A stretch of 64,000 nt of DNA from Armatimonadota bacterium (GTDB lineage: Bacteria > Armatimonadota > HRBIN16), in the NCBI GenBank assembly GCA_963677485.1, contig OY781964.1, positions 832,001-896,000 of the forward strand, written 5' to 3'. The first letter of the stretch is position 1; every line of letters starts with the position of its first letter. Both the position numbers and the translations under genes were made by a program. Shown here in pieces: positions 8,820 to 17,235 of the stretch. The notes beneath the pieces were generated by a model, which worked only from the letters and a program-made list of their open reading frames with translations, searched no databases and was not told the DNA's origin.

Positions 8820-11240
8820 ATGAGCCAAGTTGTAGAAGACAGCGCCGAGTTCAAACTCGATATCCGTAATCTGATTGACATTGTCAAGCGGAGGGGCTGG
8901 CTTGTTGTCGCCGTCATAATGGTGATATTTGCCAGCGTGTTTGTGTTGCTTCAAATGAGTGGCAGCACCTACCAAGCGACCAGGCGCATCAGGCCTTCAG
9001 AGAGCATACTGAAGCCGCCAGGTGATACGGGTATGGGCATGAATCCGTTCAATCCCAGTGATGAGCGAATGCGGCGTCTAGCAACTCTTGTGGAGATGGC
9101 TTCAAACCCGGCGGTCGCCGAGGGTATGAGTAAAATCACATTCCGTGACCTCTACGGAGATACTGCGACAAACTACGCTAATCAGACTGTGATTAGTCAC
9201 CTTAAACTTGAACGTGTCGATGTCGAAAAACTCTTCCGTGATGGTTTGATTAAAGCTAACATTGTTCCAGTCAACATGTCGAGCAAGAAGGGTCCACAAG
9301 CCAATGATGTGGTGACCGACCTGATCGAGTTCGTCGCAGTCGACAAGGACAAGGACAACGCGAAATACCTTGTTGATGCGTTGACAACGTCCTTCAAAAA
9401 ATTCTATGAGACCACATCAAAGCAACCCCTTGCCGAGCAAGTAACGTTCTACAAAACGCAACTTACAGATGCCCGAAACGAAATGCAAGCAGCTGGAGCC
9501 AAACTGCGTAGCTTGCAGGTCAATCGGAACCTGACCGACTTTGATAAGGCGATCACATACGACTACAGCGTGGCCACTCCTGTGCGCACTCAGCGTGAGG
9601 CTGTTGCATCAAATCTGGCAGGAACGGTATCCTCTCTGAGCATCAAACAGGCTCAACTGAACAACATGGCGGCCACCATGCCAGATGAAGCCGGGAAATC
9701 GGCTACCACCACCGAGATGGAAAAGGAACTTGCGCTCGCCCAAACCCAATATGCCAGTGGCAAGGGCAAATATGCCGAAAGTCACCCCACGATGCAGGAA
9801 TACAAACGACGCATCGCTGAGTTAGAAAGACGCCTGACGGATGAGCGTAAGCAACGCCCATTGGTCAACAACCCTGCCTACTATTCGTTGAAGGCGGAAG
9901 TTGACAACCTGAAAGCCCGACGTTCAGAGCTGGGCAGCCAGCTAGGTGCGTTAAACGGCCAGCTCAAGGTCATTGAGGGACGTATTTCAAGCTTTAAAGG
10001 TCTTGATGTAGACATACAAGAAGCGACGGAGGAATACACCCGTGCAGCCACAGCTTACACGGACATGTATGGCCGTTATCGAGCCGCGCTGCTGAACCTT
10101 AGTGCGACAGACAAAGAATTCATCTACACCCTCGGGCCAGCCCGTATAGAAGGTCCTATCAAAGCCGGCCCCAACCCCAAACTGGCTTATGTTGGCGCGC
10201 TGTTCCTGGCCATCCTGATGGGTGTCGGCCTTGCTGTTCTCGTCGACATGTATGACAACTCAGTGAAGACATCCGAAGACGTGGAGCGCCTGATCGGCCT
10301 GCCCGTCACAGGTGTCATCCCAGCACTCGAAGGTGGTGCACCGAGTGATCTATCCAAGATCACTTACCTGGCACCATCATCACCATATGCTGAAGCCTAC
10401 CGGTTCGTCAGTGAGGATATCATCCGCACACTCAAAGAGAACCCCGATATTAAGAGCATCATGGGTGCGACAGCTCGTCCAGGTCAGGGAGGCACCACTA
10501 CCATCACAAACCTGGCCATTACTCTGGCACAAGGTGGTATGAAGGTCATACTGGTGGACGGTGACATGCGTCACCCCAAACTCCACCGCGTATTCGGCGT
10601 CGATAATGAAGCCGGTCTCAGCACGGTGCTTTCGAGTGAAACCATACTGACCGATGCACTGCGCGACACCGATATCCAAAACCTCATGGTTCTACCCGGT
10701 GGGCCTGTGCCGCGAAACGCATGGCTACTGTTACGTTCTGAGCGTATGACCGAAGTCATGGGTGAGCTTGAAACTGCGGCGGATGTTGTTCTGGTTGATA
10801 CCCCGTCAGCCGCTGTATTTGCTGACGCCACGGTATATGCCAGTGTGGTCGATGCGGTCGTCGTGATCGTCCGAGCTAACCAACCACCGCGTGGTAATGA
10901 GCGGCGAATCCGAGAGATGCTCAATAAGAACAACCTGCGCCAGCTTGGTGTAGTTTTGAACGACGCTAACCCCGAGACGGTGGAGAGCTACCACTTCAAT
11001 AACCACTACTATCGCTATTACCGCCCAGAAGGCGAAGAGGCATTGCCGGCACCCACCAACCGCAGGGGCCGCAAGACGACCAGCATGCGGCGTGTAGTAG
11101 CACAGCAGACGGCTGAACATACTGAGGGTGAACAACCCACGGCTACCGCAACCATAGAGCCAGGCACCGTGGATGCCAGCTCCGTGAATGATCGTCAGGT
11201 GATTGAACGACCGAACTTCGACAAGAAGGACAAGAGTTAG
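8820..11240 (+). CDS. Polysaccharide co-polymerase / tyrosine autokinase (Wzc/GumC-like) with degenerate Walker A
   Basis: Two TMs flank a coiled coil (YAESHP). AEAYR, LVDGDMRHP and LVDTP motifs and a C-terminal Tyr cluster YHFNNHYYRYY are present. The P-loop reads PGQGGTTT. Confidence 0.9.
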   Translation: MSQVVEDSAEFKLDIRNLIDIVKRRGWLVVAVIMVIFASVFVLLQMSGSTYQATRRIRPSESILKPPGDTGMGMNPFNPSDERMRRLATLVEMASNPAVAEGMSKITFRDLYGDTATNYANQTVISHLKLERVDVEKLFRDGLIKANIVPVNMSSKKGPQANDVVTDLIEFVAVDKDKDNAKYLVDALTTSFKKFYETTSKQPLAEQVTFYKTQLTDARNEMQAAGAKLRSLQVNRNLTDFDKAITYDYSVATPVRTQREAVASNLAGTVSSLSIKQAQLNNMAATMPDEAGKSATTTEMEKELALAQTQYASGKGKYAESHPTMQEYKRRIAELERRLTDERKQRPLVNNPAYYSLKAEVDNLKARRSELGSQLGALNGQLKVIEGRISSFKGLDVDIQEATEEYTRAATAYTDMYGRYRAALLNLSATDKEFIYTLGPARIEGPIKAGPNPKLAYVGALFLAILMGVGLAVLVDMYDNSVKTSEDVERLIGLPVTGVIPALEGGAPSDLSKITYLAPSSPYAEAYRFVSEDIIRTLKENPDIKSIMGATARPGQGGTTTITNLAITLAQGGMKVILVDGDMRHPKLHRVFGVDNEAGLSTVLSSETILTDALRDTDIQNLMVLPGGPVPRNAWLLLRSERMTEVMGELETAADVVLVDTPSAAVFADATVYASVVDAVVVIVRANQPPRGNERRIREMLNKNNLRQLGVVLNDANPETVESYHFNNHYYRYYRPEGEEALPAPTNRRGRKTTSMRRVVAQQTAEHTEGEQPTATATIEPGTVDASSVNDRQVIERPNFDKKDKS

Positions 11241-11259
11241 TCACCGGTCCTGCATTCTC

Positions 11260-11294
11260 GGCCTCCCAACTCTGTTGGGGGGCCATTATTATTT
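11260..11294 (+). terminator. Probable intrinsic terminator after wzc-like gene
   Basis: GGCCTCCCAAC-TCT-GTTGGGGGGCC hairpin followed by an AT-rich tail. Confidence 0.6.
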
Positions 11295-11316
11295 AGTCGT
11301 ATACCTATGGTAGGCG

Positions 11317-12474
11317 TTGCTGATGTTTTCAGTTTGGCATTCAGTATGTTCTGCGATCAACGCACCTCCCGAATGGCTGATAGTGCTGTCGGTATGTGCA
11401 TTACTTCAGATCATCACCACGGTCTGGGGTTATCCTTGGTTTCTTAGTAGGCAGGCGCTTCGATATGCCCCGCCGAAACTGGATTCGGCAACAGTCGCCA
11501 GCATACCAAAAATCTGTGTGTTGGTCGCTGCTCACAACGAGGCTCAGTACATCCAAAGGCGCATTCAGAATCTGCACAACCAATCCTATCCGGCAGATGC
11601 CATGCGCGTGGTTGTCATCTGCGATGGATGTACAGACAACACCGAAGAGTTGGCCAGACTAGAGGGTGTTGAGGTCATTATACTGCCCGAGCACCATGGC
11701 AAGAGCTATACGCTTCAAGCCGCCACTGACCATCTATACGATTCCGAAGTGGTTGTATTAACCGATGCGTGTCCGTTGTTTGCACCGGATGCAATACACA
11801 ACCTCATCACGGCACTCATGCAACCAGGAGTGGCTGCTGTAAGCGGCGTTTTGCAGCTCAGCTCCCCGTCCCTGCAGACAAGCCCGGTCGGCAAATACTG
11901 GCATGCCGAAACGGCCCTTCGGACCTACCAAGCGGTTCTGAACGGCACTACTGGCTGCACTGGCCCCATCTGCGCCTGCTGGCGCAGATACTGGCGTGGC
12001 ATGCCGTCAGGTATCGTGCTGGACGATGTATGGCTAGCCCTGGATGTAGCCGCACAGGGCGGCCGGGTGACAGTATGCCCGACAGCGGTAGCTTATGACG
12101 ACCGTGAATACAGTCCTCGACAGGAATGGCAGCGAAAGGTTCGCACTTCGGCGGGCAACTGGCAGCTCATCTTCACGCCCGGGTTCTGGCCGATGCTACT
12201 TCGCTCAGGCAAATTCTGGCACTGGTTCCTTCACAAATGGGGTCGATTGATGGTTCCTTTCAGTATGCTGATATTAGGCTTGACGGTCATAGTTTTCAGC
12301 TGGCCGCTAGCAGTCGCTTTAATGTTTGCTTTGTTGCTTGCGATCAGGTTTGGCAAGGCACGCTACAGCCAGATGCTCCCATATGTGATGGCCCCAATCG
12401 CGGGATTTGCGATGCTTCTGGCCGGCCGTGTAGATGGTCGTTGGACATCTAGCCGCTCAGATGCCACACTATAA
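11317..12474 (+). CDS. Family 2 glycosyltransferase (membrane-bound, CESA-like)
   Basis: AAHNEA, DGCTDNT, GKS, LTDA, LDD and EWQRKVR motifs; N- and C-terminal TMs. Confidence 0.88.
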   Translation: MLMFSVWHSVCSAINAPPEWLIVLSVCALLQIITTVWGYPWFLSRQALRYAPPKLDSATVASIPKICVLVAAHNEAQYIQRRIQNLHNQSYPADAMRVVVICDGCTDNTEELARLEGVEVIILPEHHGKSYTLQAATDHLYDSEVVVLTDACPLFAPDAIHNLITALMQPGVAAVSGVLQLSSPSLQTSPVGKYWHAETALRTYQAVLNGTTGCTGPICACWRRYWRGMPSGIVLDDVWLALDVAAQGGRVTVCPTAVAYDDREYSPRQEWQRKVRTSAGNWQLIFTPGFWPMLLRSGKFWHWFLHKWGRLMVPFSMLILGLTVIVFSWPLAVALMFALLLAIRFGKARYSQMLPYVMAPIAGFAMLLAGRVDGRWTSSRSDATL

Positions 12475-12556
12475 ATAGTCTGACGCGGCTCACCTGGCCG
12501 CATAATCGGTTTACAGCAGACTGCGTATACCACAATATAGATATTTGGAGGATCAT

Positions 12557-13486
12557 GTGAGAAGTTTAATAACGGGAGGAGCCGGTTTTATCGGCTCGCA
12601 CATAGCACACACGCTTGTCCAGCAAGGCGACCAGGTCGTGGTGATTGACGACCTATCCAGCGGTTTTACCAGCAACCTTCAGGCAGCCGGTGTCACCGAG
12701 TTTATCGAAGGAAGCATCACAGACATGGATGTGCTCAAACAGGCGATGCAAGGCGTCGACCGCGTGTTTCATCATGCTGCCATTGCTTCTGTACCTGCGT
12801 CCGTGGCGGATCCTGCCACCAGCCACAACGTGAATGTGACCGGCACCTTCAATGTATTGTTGGCTGCACGGGATGCTGGTGTGAAGAGCGTGGTGTTCGC
12901 CACGAGTTCAGCCATCTACGGTAATAACCCAGTGCAGCCTAAGAACGAGCAGATGGCCCCAGAACCTCTGTCGCCATACGCCGGCAATAAACTACAGGGT
13001 GAGGTCTACGCAAGGGTGTTCAGCGAGTGTTATGGCCTGCAGGTCGTCTGCCTGCGATACTTCAACGTATATGGAGCCCGCCAAAACCCGCAGAGCGAAT
13101 ACGCGGCCGTCATCCCCAAGTTTATTACCGCTGCCCTGACAGGACAAAAGCTTCGGGTATTCGGAGATGGTGAGCAGTCGCGCGACTTTGTATCGGTGCT
13201 TGATGTGGTGAAAGCCAATCTGCTGGCCTCCTCGCCCGATAGCAAGCCCGGCATTTACAACATCGGAAGCGGTCGCTGTATCAGCCTGAATGAGCTGATT
13301 GGTGTTCTACGCCAGATACTGGCTGTGGAGCAGCAGGTCAGCTACGAGCCTGAGCGCCTTGGGGATGTGAAATTCAGCAGTGCTGAGATCAAAGCAGCAA
13401 AATGTGGCATTGGTTATGTGCCCACTGTTAGTCTCGAAGAGGGTTTACGGCTAGCAGTCGACTATTACCGACAGCAGGTGGGGTGA
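12557..13486 (+). CDS. NAD-dependent nucleotide-sugar epimerase (UDP-Glc/GlcNAc 4-epimerase-like SDR)
   Basis: TGGAGFIGSH, SPYAGNK (YxxxK), LRYFNVYG and GDGEQSRDF motifs; GTG start after GGAGG. Confidence 0.92.
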   Translation: MRSLITGGAGFIGSHIAHTLVQQGDQVVVIDDLSSGFTSNLQAAGVTEFIEGSITDMDVLKQAMQGVDRVFHHAAIASVPASVADPATSHNVNVTGTFNVLLAARDAGVKSVVFATSSAIYGNNPVQPKNEQMAPEPLSPYAGNKLQGEVYARVFSECYGLQVVCLRYFNVYGARQNPQSEYAAVIPKFITAALTGQKLRVFGDGEQSRDFVSVLDVVKANLLASSPDSKPGIYNIGSGRCISLNELIGVLRQILAVEQQVSYEPERLGDVKFSSAEIKAAKCGIGYVPTVSLEEGLRLAVDYYRQQVG

Positions 13487-13582
13487 TGCGCCTGTTGCTG
13501 ATCAACTTCACATTCTACCGAAGTTCCTAAAACTCGCCGTATACTGAAATCAGGTACGCGATCTATCTATCTGGAGGCGGTC

Positions 13583-13753
13583 ATGAGCAACGAGATACCG
13601 GTCAACAACAATTGTCCTAATCGAAACCGAAACGAGCTGAGCTGTCCTTGCAAATCGGTGAACTGCCAAAATCATGGTAAATGCTGCGACTGCGTACAGG
13701 CTCACCGTGAAAATGGCAGTCTGGTTTCTTGCATGAGGTCAGTATCGAAATAG
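13583..13753 (+). CDS. 56-aa Cys-rich small protein, probable metal-binding (resembles DUF6485 pattern)
   Basis: GGAGG RBS, then MSNEIPVNNNCPNRNRNELSCPCKSVNCQNHGKCCDCVQAHRENGSLVSCMRSVSK; below the ORF-track length cutoff. Confidence 0.8.
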   Translation: MSNEIPVNNNCPNRNRNELSCPCKSVNCQNHGKCCDCVQAHRENGSLVSCMRSVSK

Positions 13754-13893
13754 CGGTCCTATTCACCTGAATGGTAGGCATAAGCAACGAACAGCATGCC
13801 ACCCGGCCTGGCTTGACCATCTTAACGTAGGTCGGAGCAGAGTTCGGGCAACCAAATGGGTGCCCCTGTGAGACGAAGATAAGGATAAGGCAT

Positions 13894-14679
13894 ATGAGCA
13901 AGTTCAAATTCCCGATTCTAGCAGCTCTGGTGATGGCATCAAGCCTTGGCTATGCACAACAGCCCGAAAAGCGAGAGATCCTCTACCAAATCTCCACGTT
14001 TAACGCCTTGTTGCAAGGGGTATATGACGGGTCACTGACCGTTGGCAGACTACTGAAACATGGCGATATGGGTATCGGCACATTTGGTGGCCTTGATGGC
14101 GAAATGGTGGTCATGGATGGTAGATGCTACAAGGTAGACATCACAGGGCGAGTGATACAGGTACCAGCCAGCACCACCACACCATTTGCCTGTGTCACTT
14201 TCTTTGACACAGATGTCATCATTAATATCGACAAACCGACCAGTTTTGCGGAACTCGAAACCATCATTGACAAACAGCTCGTTTCGAAGAACCACATCGC
14301 AGCCATTCGAATATCGGGCGATTTTGACTACGTCAAAACACGCAGCGTGCCCAAACAAAGCCCGCCATACATCGCATTAGCGGATGCAGTAAAAAAACAG
14401 GCTGTGTTTAACCTCAAGTCGACACAAGGCGAACTCGTCGGGTTTTGGTGTCCAACCTGGATGAATGGCATCAATGTGCCTGGATACCACATACATTACC
14501 TGAACAAACAGAGATCCGCAGGTGGGCATGTGCTGGACTGTGTGCTCACTAAGGGTGTTGTCAAACTGGACATCACCCCTAACATCACCCTGAATACACC
14601 AATGGATAAGGCATTCGTAGCGGCTGACCTGGTACAAGACCGAAGTGCCGAAACCAAAGCAGTTGAAAAAGGGAAATAA
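13894..14679 (+). CDS. budA: Alpha-acetolactate decarboxylase family protein with signal peptide
   Basis: YQISTFNALLQGVYDG, GDMGIGTF..LDGEM, RSVP and GYHIHY...GGHVLD Zn-site motifs; N-terminal MSKFK-hydrophobic-GYA signal peptide. Confidence 0.9.
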   Translation: MSKFKFPILAALVMASSLGYAQQPEKREILYQISTFNALLQGVYDGSLTVGRLLKHGDMGIGTFGGLDGEMVVMDGRCYKVDITGRVIQVPASTTTPFACVTFFDTDVIINIDKPTSFAELETIIDKQLVSKNHIAAIRISGDFDYVKTRSVPKQSPPYIALADAVKKQAVFNLKSTQGELVGFWCPTWMNGINVPGYHIHYLNKQRSAGGHVLDCVLTKGVVKLDITPNITLNTPMDKAFVAADLVQDRSAETKAVEKGK

Positions 14680-14743
14680 GGCAGCAACTCAAAAATTCTA
14701 CGGGACTTACCTAGAATTTGGCTGTATTTTTTTGGTGATTAAG

Positions 14744-14779
14744 GGTATACTGGCTACAGAGTTCCGTCGTTTCGGAACT
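14744..14779 (+). promoter_or_regulatory. Duplicated promoter (-10 TATACT) and 5' leader hairpin, copy 1
   Basis: GGTATACTGGCTACAGAGTTC is identical to 15113-15133; hairpin AGTTCCG/CGGAACT. Confidence 0.7.
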
Positions 14780-14819
14780 TTCGACATTGCATATCCCAAA
14801 ACCTAAATGGAGGACACGC

Positions 14820-15014
14820 ATGAAGAAGGAAATCACCCCTAAGTCTGCAATCGTGATCGTTCTGGTTGTTCTAATTGTGATTGGGGCCATTTACATGGCC
14901 ATCTCGGCCTCGAAACCGGTACAAACTGAAGCACCACCACCCGGTGTACCAATAGGGTCACCAGCACCCAGTGGTGCTCCATCTTCGCCTGCTCTACCAG
15001 CTCCTCCAAAGTAG
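14820..15014 (+). CDS. Small single-TM protein with Pro-rich tail (MKKEITP family), copy 1
   Basis: GGAGGACACGC-ATG start; MKKEITP + 20-aa hydrophobic helix + PPGV Pro/Ser/Ala tail; paralogue at 15187. Confidence 0.85.
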   Translation: MKKEITPKSAIVIVLVVLIVIGAIYMAISASKPVQTEAPPPGVPIGSPAPSGAPSSPALPAPPK

Positions 15015-15030
15015 GGTTGCGCTAAGGCAT

Positions 15031-15065
15031 AAAGAGCCCGTGCCCATAATGGTCACGGGTTCTTT
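15031..15065 (+). terminator. Intrinsic terminator, cassette 1
   Basis: AAAGAGCCCGTG...CACGGGTTCTTT. Confidence 0.75.
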
Positions 15066-15112
15066 AACACCATTATCGAGCCGATAGCCTCTACCAATGC
15101 ACAGTGATCAAT

Positions 15113-15149
15113 GGTATACTGGCTACAGAGTTCTTGGATTTCAAGAACT
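15113..15149 (+). promoter_or_regulatory. Duplicated promoter (extended -10 TGGTATACT) and 5' leader hairpin, copy 2
   Basis: Same 21-mer as 14744-14764; hairpin AGTTCTTG/CAAGAACT. Confidence 0.7.
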
Positions 15150-15186
15150 GCCAATTCATTTTCCATCAATCTAGTGGAGGACACGC

Positions 15187-15390
15187 ATGAAGAAAGAGAT
15201 CACCCCCGCAACTGCGATTGTGATAGTTCTGATCGTACTCGCGGTGATAGCTGGCGTTTACTTACTCGTATTAAAGCCGAAAGACGCCGGCGTACCTGAT
15301 AAAGTACCGCCGGGTGTATTCCCCAGCCCTGCTGGCACCAGTGCACCTGGTACCACACCGGCCCCTCCTGCTCCCACTGCTGGGCAGTAG
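15187..15390 (+). CDS. Small single-TM protein with Pro-rich tail (MKKEITP family), copy 2
   Basis: Same RBS context; MKKEITPATAIVIVLIVLAVIAGVYLLVLK + PPGV Pro-rich tail. Confidence 0.85.
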   Translation: MKKEITPATAIVIVLIVLAVIAGVYLLVLKPKDAGVPDKVPPGVFPSPAGTSAPGTTPAPPAPTAGQ

Positions 15391-15404
15391 TCTGAGGATC
15401 GCAA

Positions 15405-15443
15405 ATAGAGCCCGCAACTTCAGTAGTTGCGGGCTCTATCTTT
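15405..15443. terminator. Bidirectional intrinsic terminator, cassette 2 / Lon-N gene
   Basis: ATAGAGCCCGCAACT-TCAGT-AGTTGCGGGCTCTAT-CTTT, a perfect 15-bp stem. Confidence 0.8.
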
Positions 15444-15464
15444 AATTGCATGATGCCATTATGA

Positions 15465-16160
15465 CTAGTTATTGGCGATGTTGGGCCCTTTCGGGTTGCT
15501 GGAAAACTCCTCTGCCCCAATTGGAACAAAACGTGGCTCATTCTTCAGTTTCAGTATTTCTGACTCCAAAACACCCAAAGCCGCACGTAATCGGTCTTCA
15601 TACACATGCAACTCTAGCAACCGCAGTTTGACCGATGGGTCTACCTGAGCTACAGCACACATGGTGTTGGCCAATGCCCGGGCACTCCGGGGCAGTGCCA
15701 TTTGCAGGTCTAGCTCAGGATTTTTCATTAGCAGCCTGAGATAGTCTTCTAGTCGCTTACTGGCGACCCCTATGATTCGGGTGTCCGTCATGGCGTCTTC
15801 TCTGCTGAACTCAGGAAACAGCATCGTCTCAGCAACCAGGTACGGTTGCTCGCGTGTAATCCGAAGCACTCTGAATGACTGCTCACCTGTTACCCAGAGG
15901 CGCGCTTTGCCCTCCGGCAGGTTTTCCATAGAGGTGATACGTACTTTACATCCCCATACAGAGATGTCATATGCAGGTAAACCGCGTTCCTGTGGGTGAT
16001 TTAAAACAATGCCAAGACGAAGATCTTCGTCTACGACATCCTCTATTAGCTTGCGACTGTTAAGATCGCTTATATCTACCACCAGTGGCATACCCGGAAA
16101 TGTAATATCAGAATATGGTAATATCGGCAGCGTTGTGTAAGCCTGCATGGTTACTATCAT
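15465..16160 (-). CDS. Stand-alone Lon peptidase N-terminal (substrate-binding) domain protein
   Basis: LPILP...FPGMPL, GCKVRI, LPEG, GEQSFRV, QPYLVA and KLRLLE..RL pattern of LON_substr_bdg. Confidence 0.8.
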   Translation of the reverse strand: MIVTMQAYTTLPILPYSDITFPGMPLVVDISDLNSRKLIEDVVDEDLRLGIVLNHPQERGLPAYDISVWGCKVRITSMENLPEGKARLWVTGEQSFRVLRITREQPYLVAETMLFPEFSREDAMTDTRIIGVASKRLEDYLRLLMKNPELDLQMALPRSARALANTMCAVAQVDPSVKLRLLELHVYEDRLRAALGVLESEILKLKNEPRFVPIGAEEFSSNPKGPNIANN

Positions 16161-16306
16161 TCCACCTTATTTGCCCTCATGGGCTGTACATCACACTGAA
16201 TATACCCGGTTTTAGCATGATAGAGCAACGCTATATGCGCTTTTGGACGTATAATTGAGGTAAGTGCTCAAAGATTACACTCATGCACTGATTTAGGAGC
16301 TTAATA

Positions 16307-17089
16307 ATGAATGGAAATAAAACCCGGGTCTTGATCTGGGACGAAAATCCGCCTCATGCGAATAAGGCATTATATCCCAACAGTCTACGTGGAGCCATCG
16401 CTGACGGTCTGCAGAAAATGAACACTACAGACCGGCTCGACATCAAGGTGGCTCATCTTGATGAACCAGACCAGGGATGCCCTCAAGCGTTGCTAGACGA
16501 GACCGACGTATTGCTATGGTGGGGACACGCCCGTCATGCAGAGGTTGATGATGCGGTTGTAGAGCGCATCAAGGAACGTGTGCATCACGGCGGTATGGGA
16601 CTGATCGCCCTACACAGTGCTCACTACAGTAAAGTGTTCAAATCTGTCATGAACTGCACAGGTCACCTCAAAGGCGGCTGGCGCGAGGATAACAGCCCTG
16701 AGCGTATTTTTGTGTGCGCCTCAAACCACCCCATCGCATATGGTCTGCGCGACTTCACCCTGCGCGAAGAAGAGATGTATGGCGCACCGTTTGATGTACC
16801 GCCAGCAGAAACCATCGTTCTCCAGAGCTTTTACCCGGCCGGTGGGGAATATTTCCCAAGCGGTATCTGCTGGACAGCAGGCGACGGGATTGACCCCGAC
16901 TTCACAAGCGGTCCAGGACGCGGCGTTGGGAAGGGAGAAGGTATAGCCAGAGTGTTTTACTTCCGCCCGGGTCACGAAGGCAACCCCACCTACCACAATA
17001 CCGCCGTACGACGCGTGATATACAACGCCGTGCTTTGGTGCGCGCACGAAAACACCAGTAACCACCACCACGATAGCAACAGCAGTTAA
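16307..17089 (+). CDS. ThuA (trehalose utilisation)-like class I glutamine amidotransferase-fold protein
   Basis: DVLLWWGHARH, GMGLIALHSAHYSK, EEMYG and FYFRPGHE motifs. Confidence 0.88.
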   Translation: MNGNKTRVLIWDENPPHANKALYPNSLRGAIADGLQKMNTTDRLDIKVAHLDEPDQGCPQALLDETDVLLWWGHARHAEVDDAVVERIKERVHHGGMGLIALHSAHYSKVFKSVMNCTGHLKGGWREDNSPERIFVCASNHPIAYGLRDFTLREEEMYGAPFDVPPAETIVLQSFYPAGGEYFPSGICWTAGDGIDPDFTSGPGRGVGKGEGIARVFYFRPGHEGNPTYHNTAVRRVIYNAVLWCAHENTSNHHHDSNSS

Positions 17090-17235
17090 CGTGTGTTTTA
17101 GTCCAGCCATGTGCGGCGCTCGGAATCCAAAACCGCATATGGCTGGATACATAGCGCTATCATTACGAGCCCCAATGATCCGCTGCGTGAGTGCCGTTCA
17201 CGCATGACTTGCCACACATACGGTACCATATAGTT

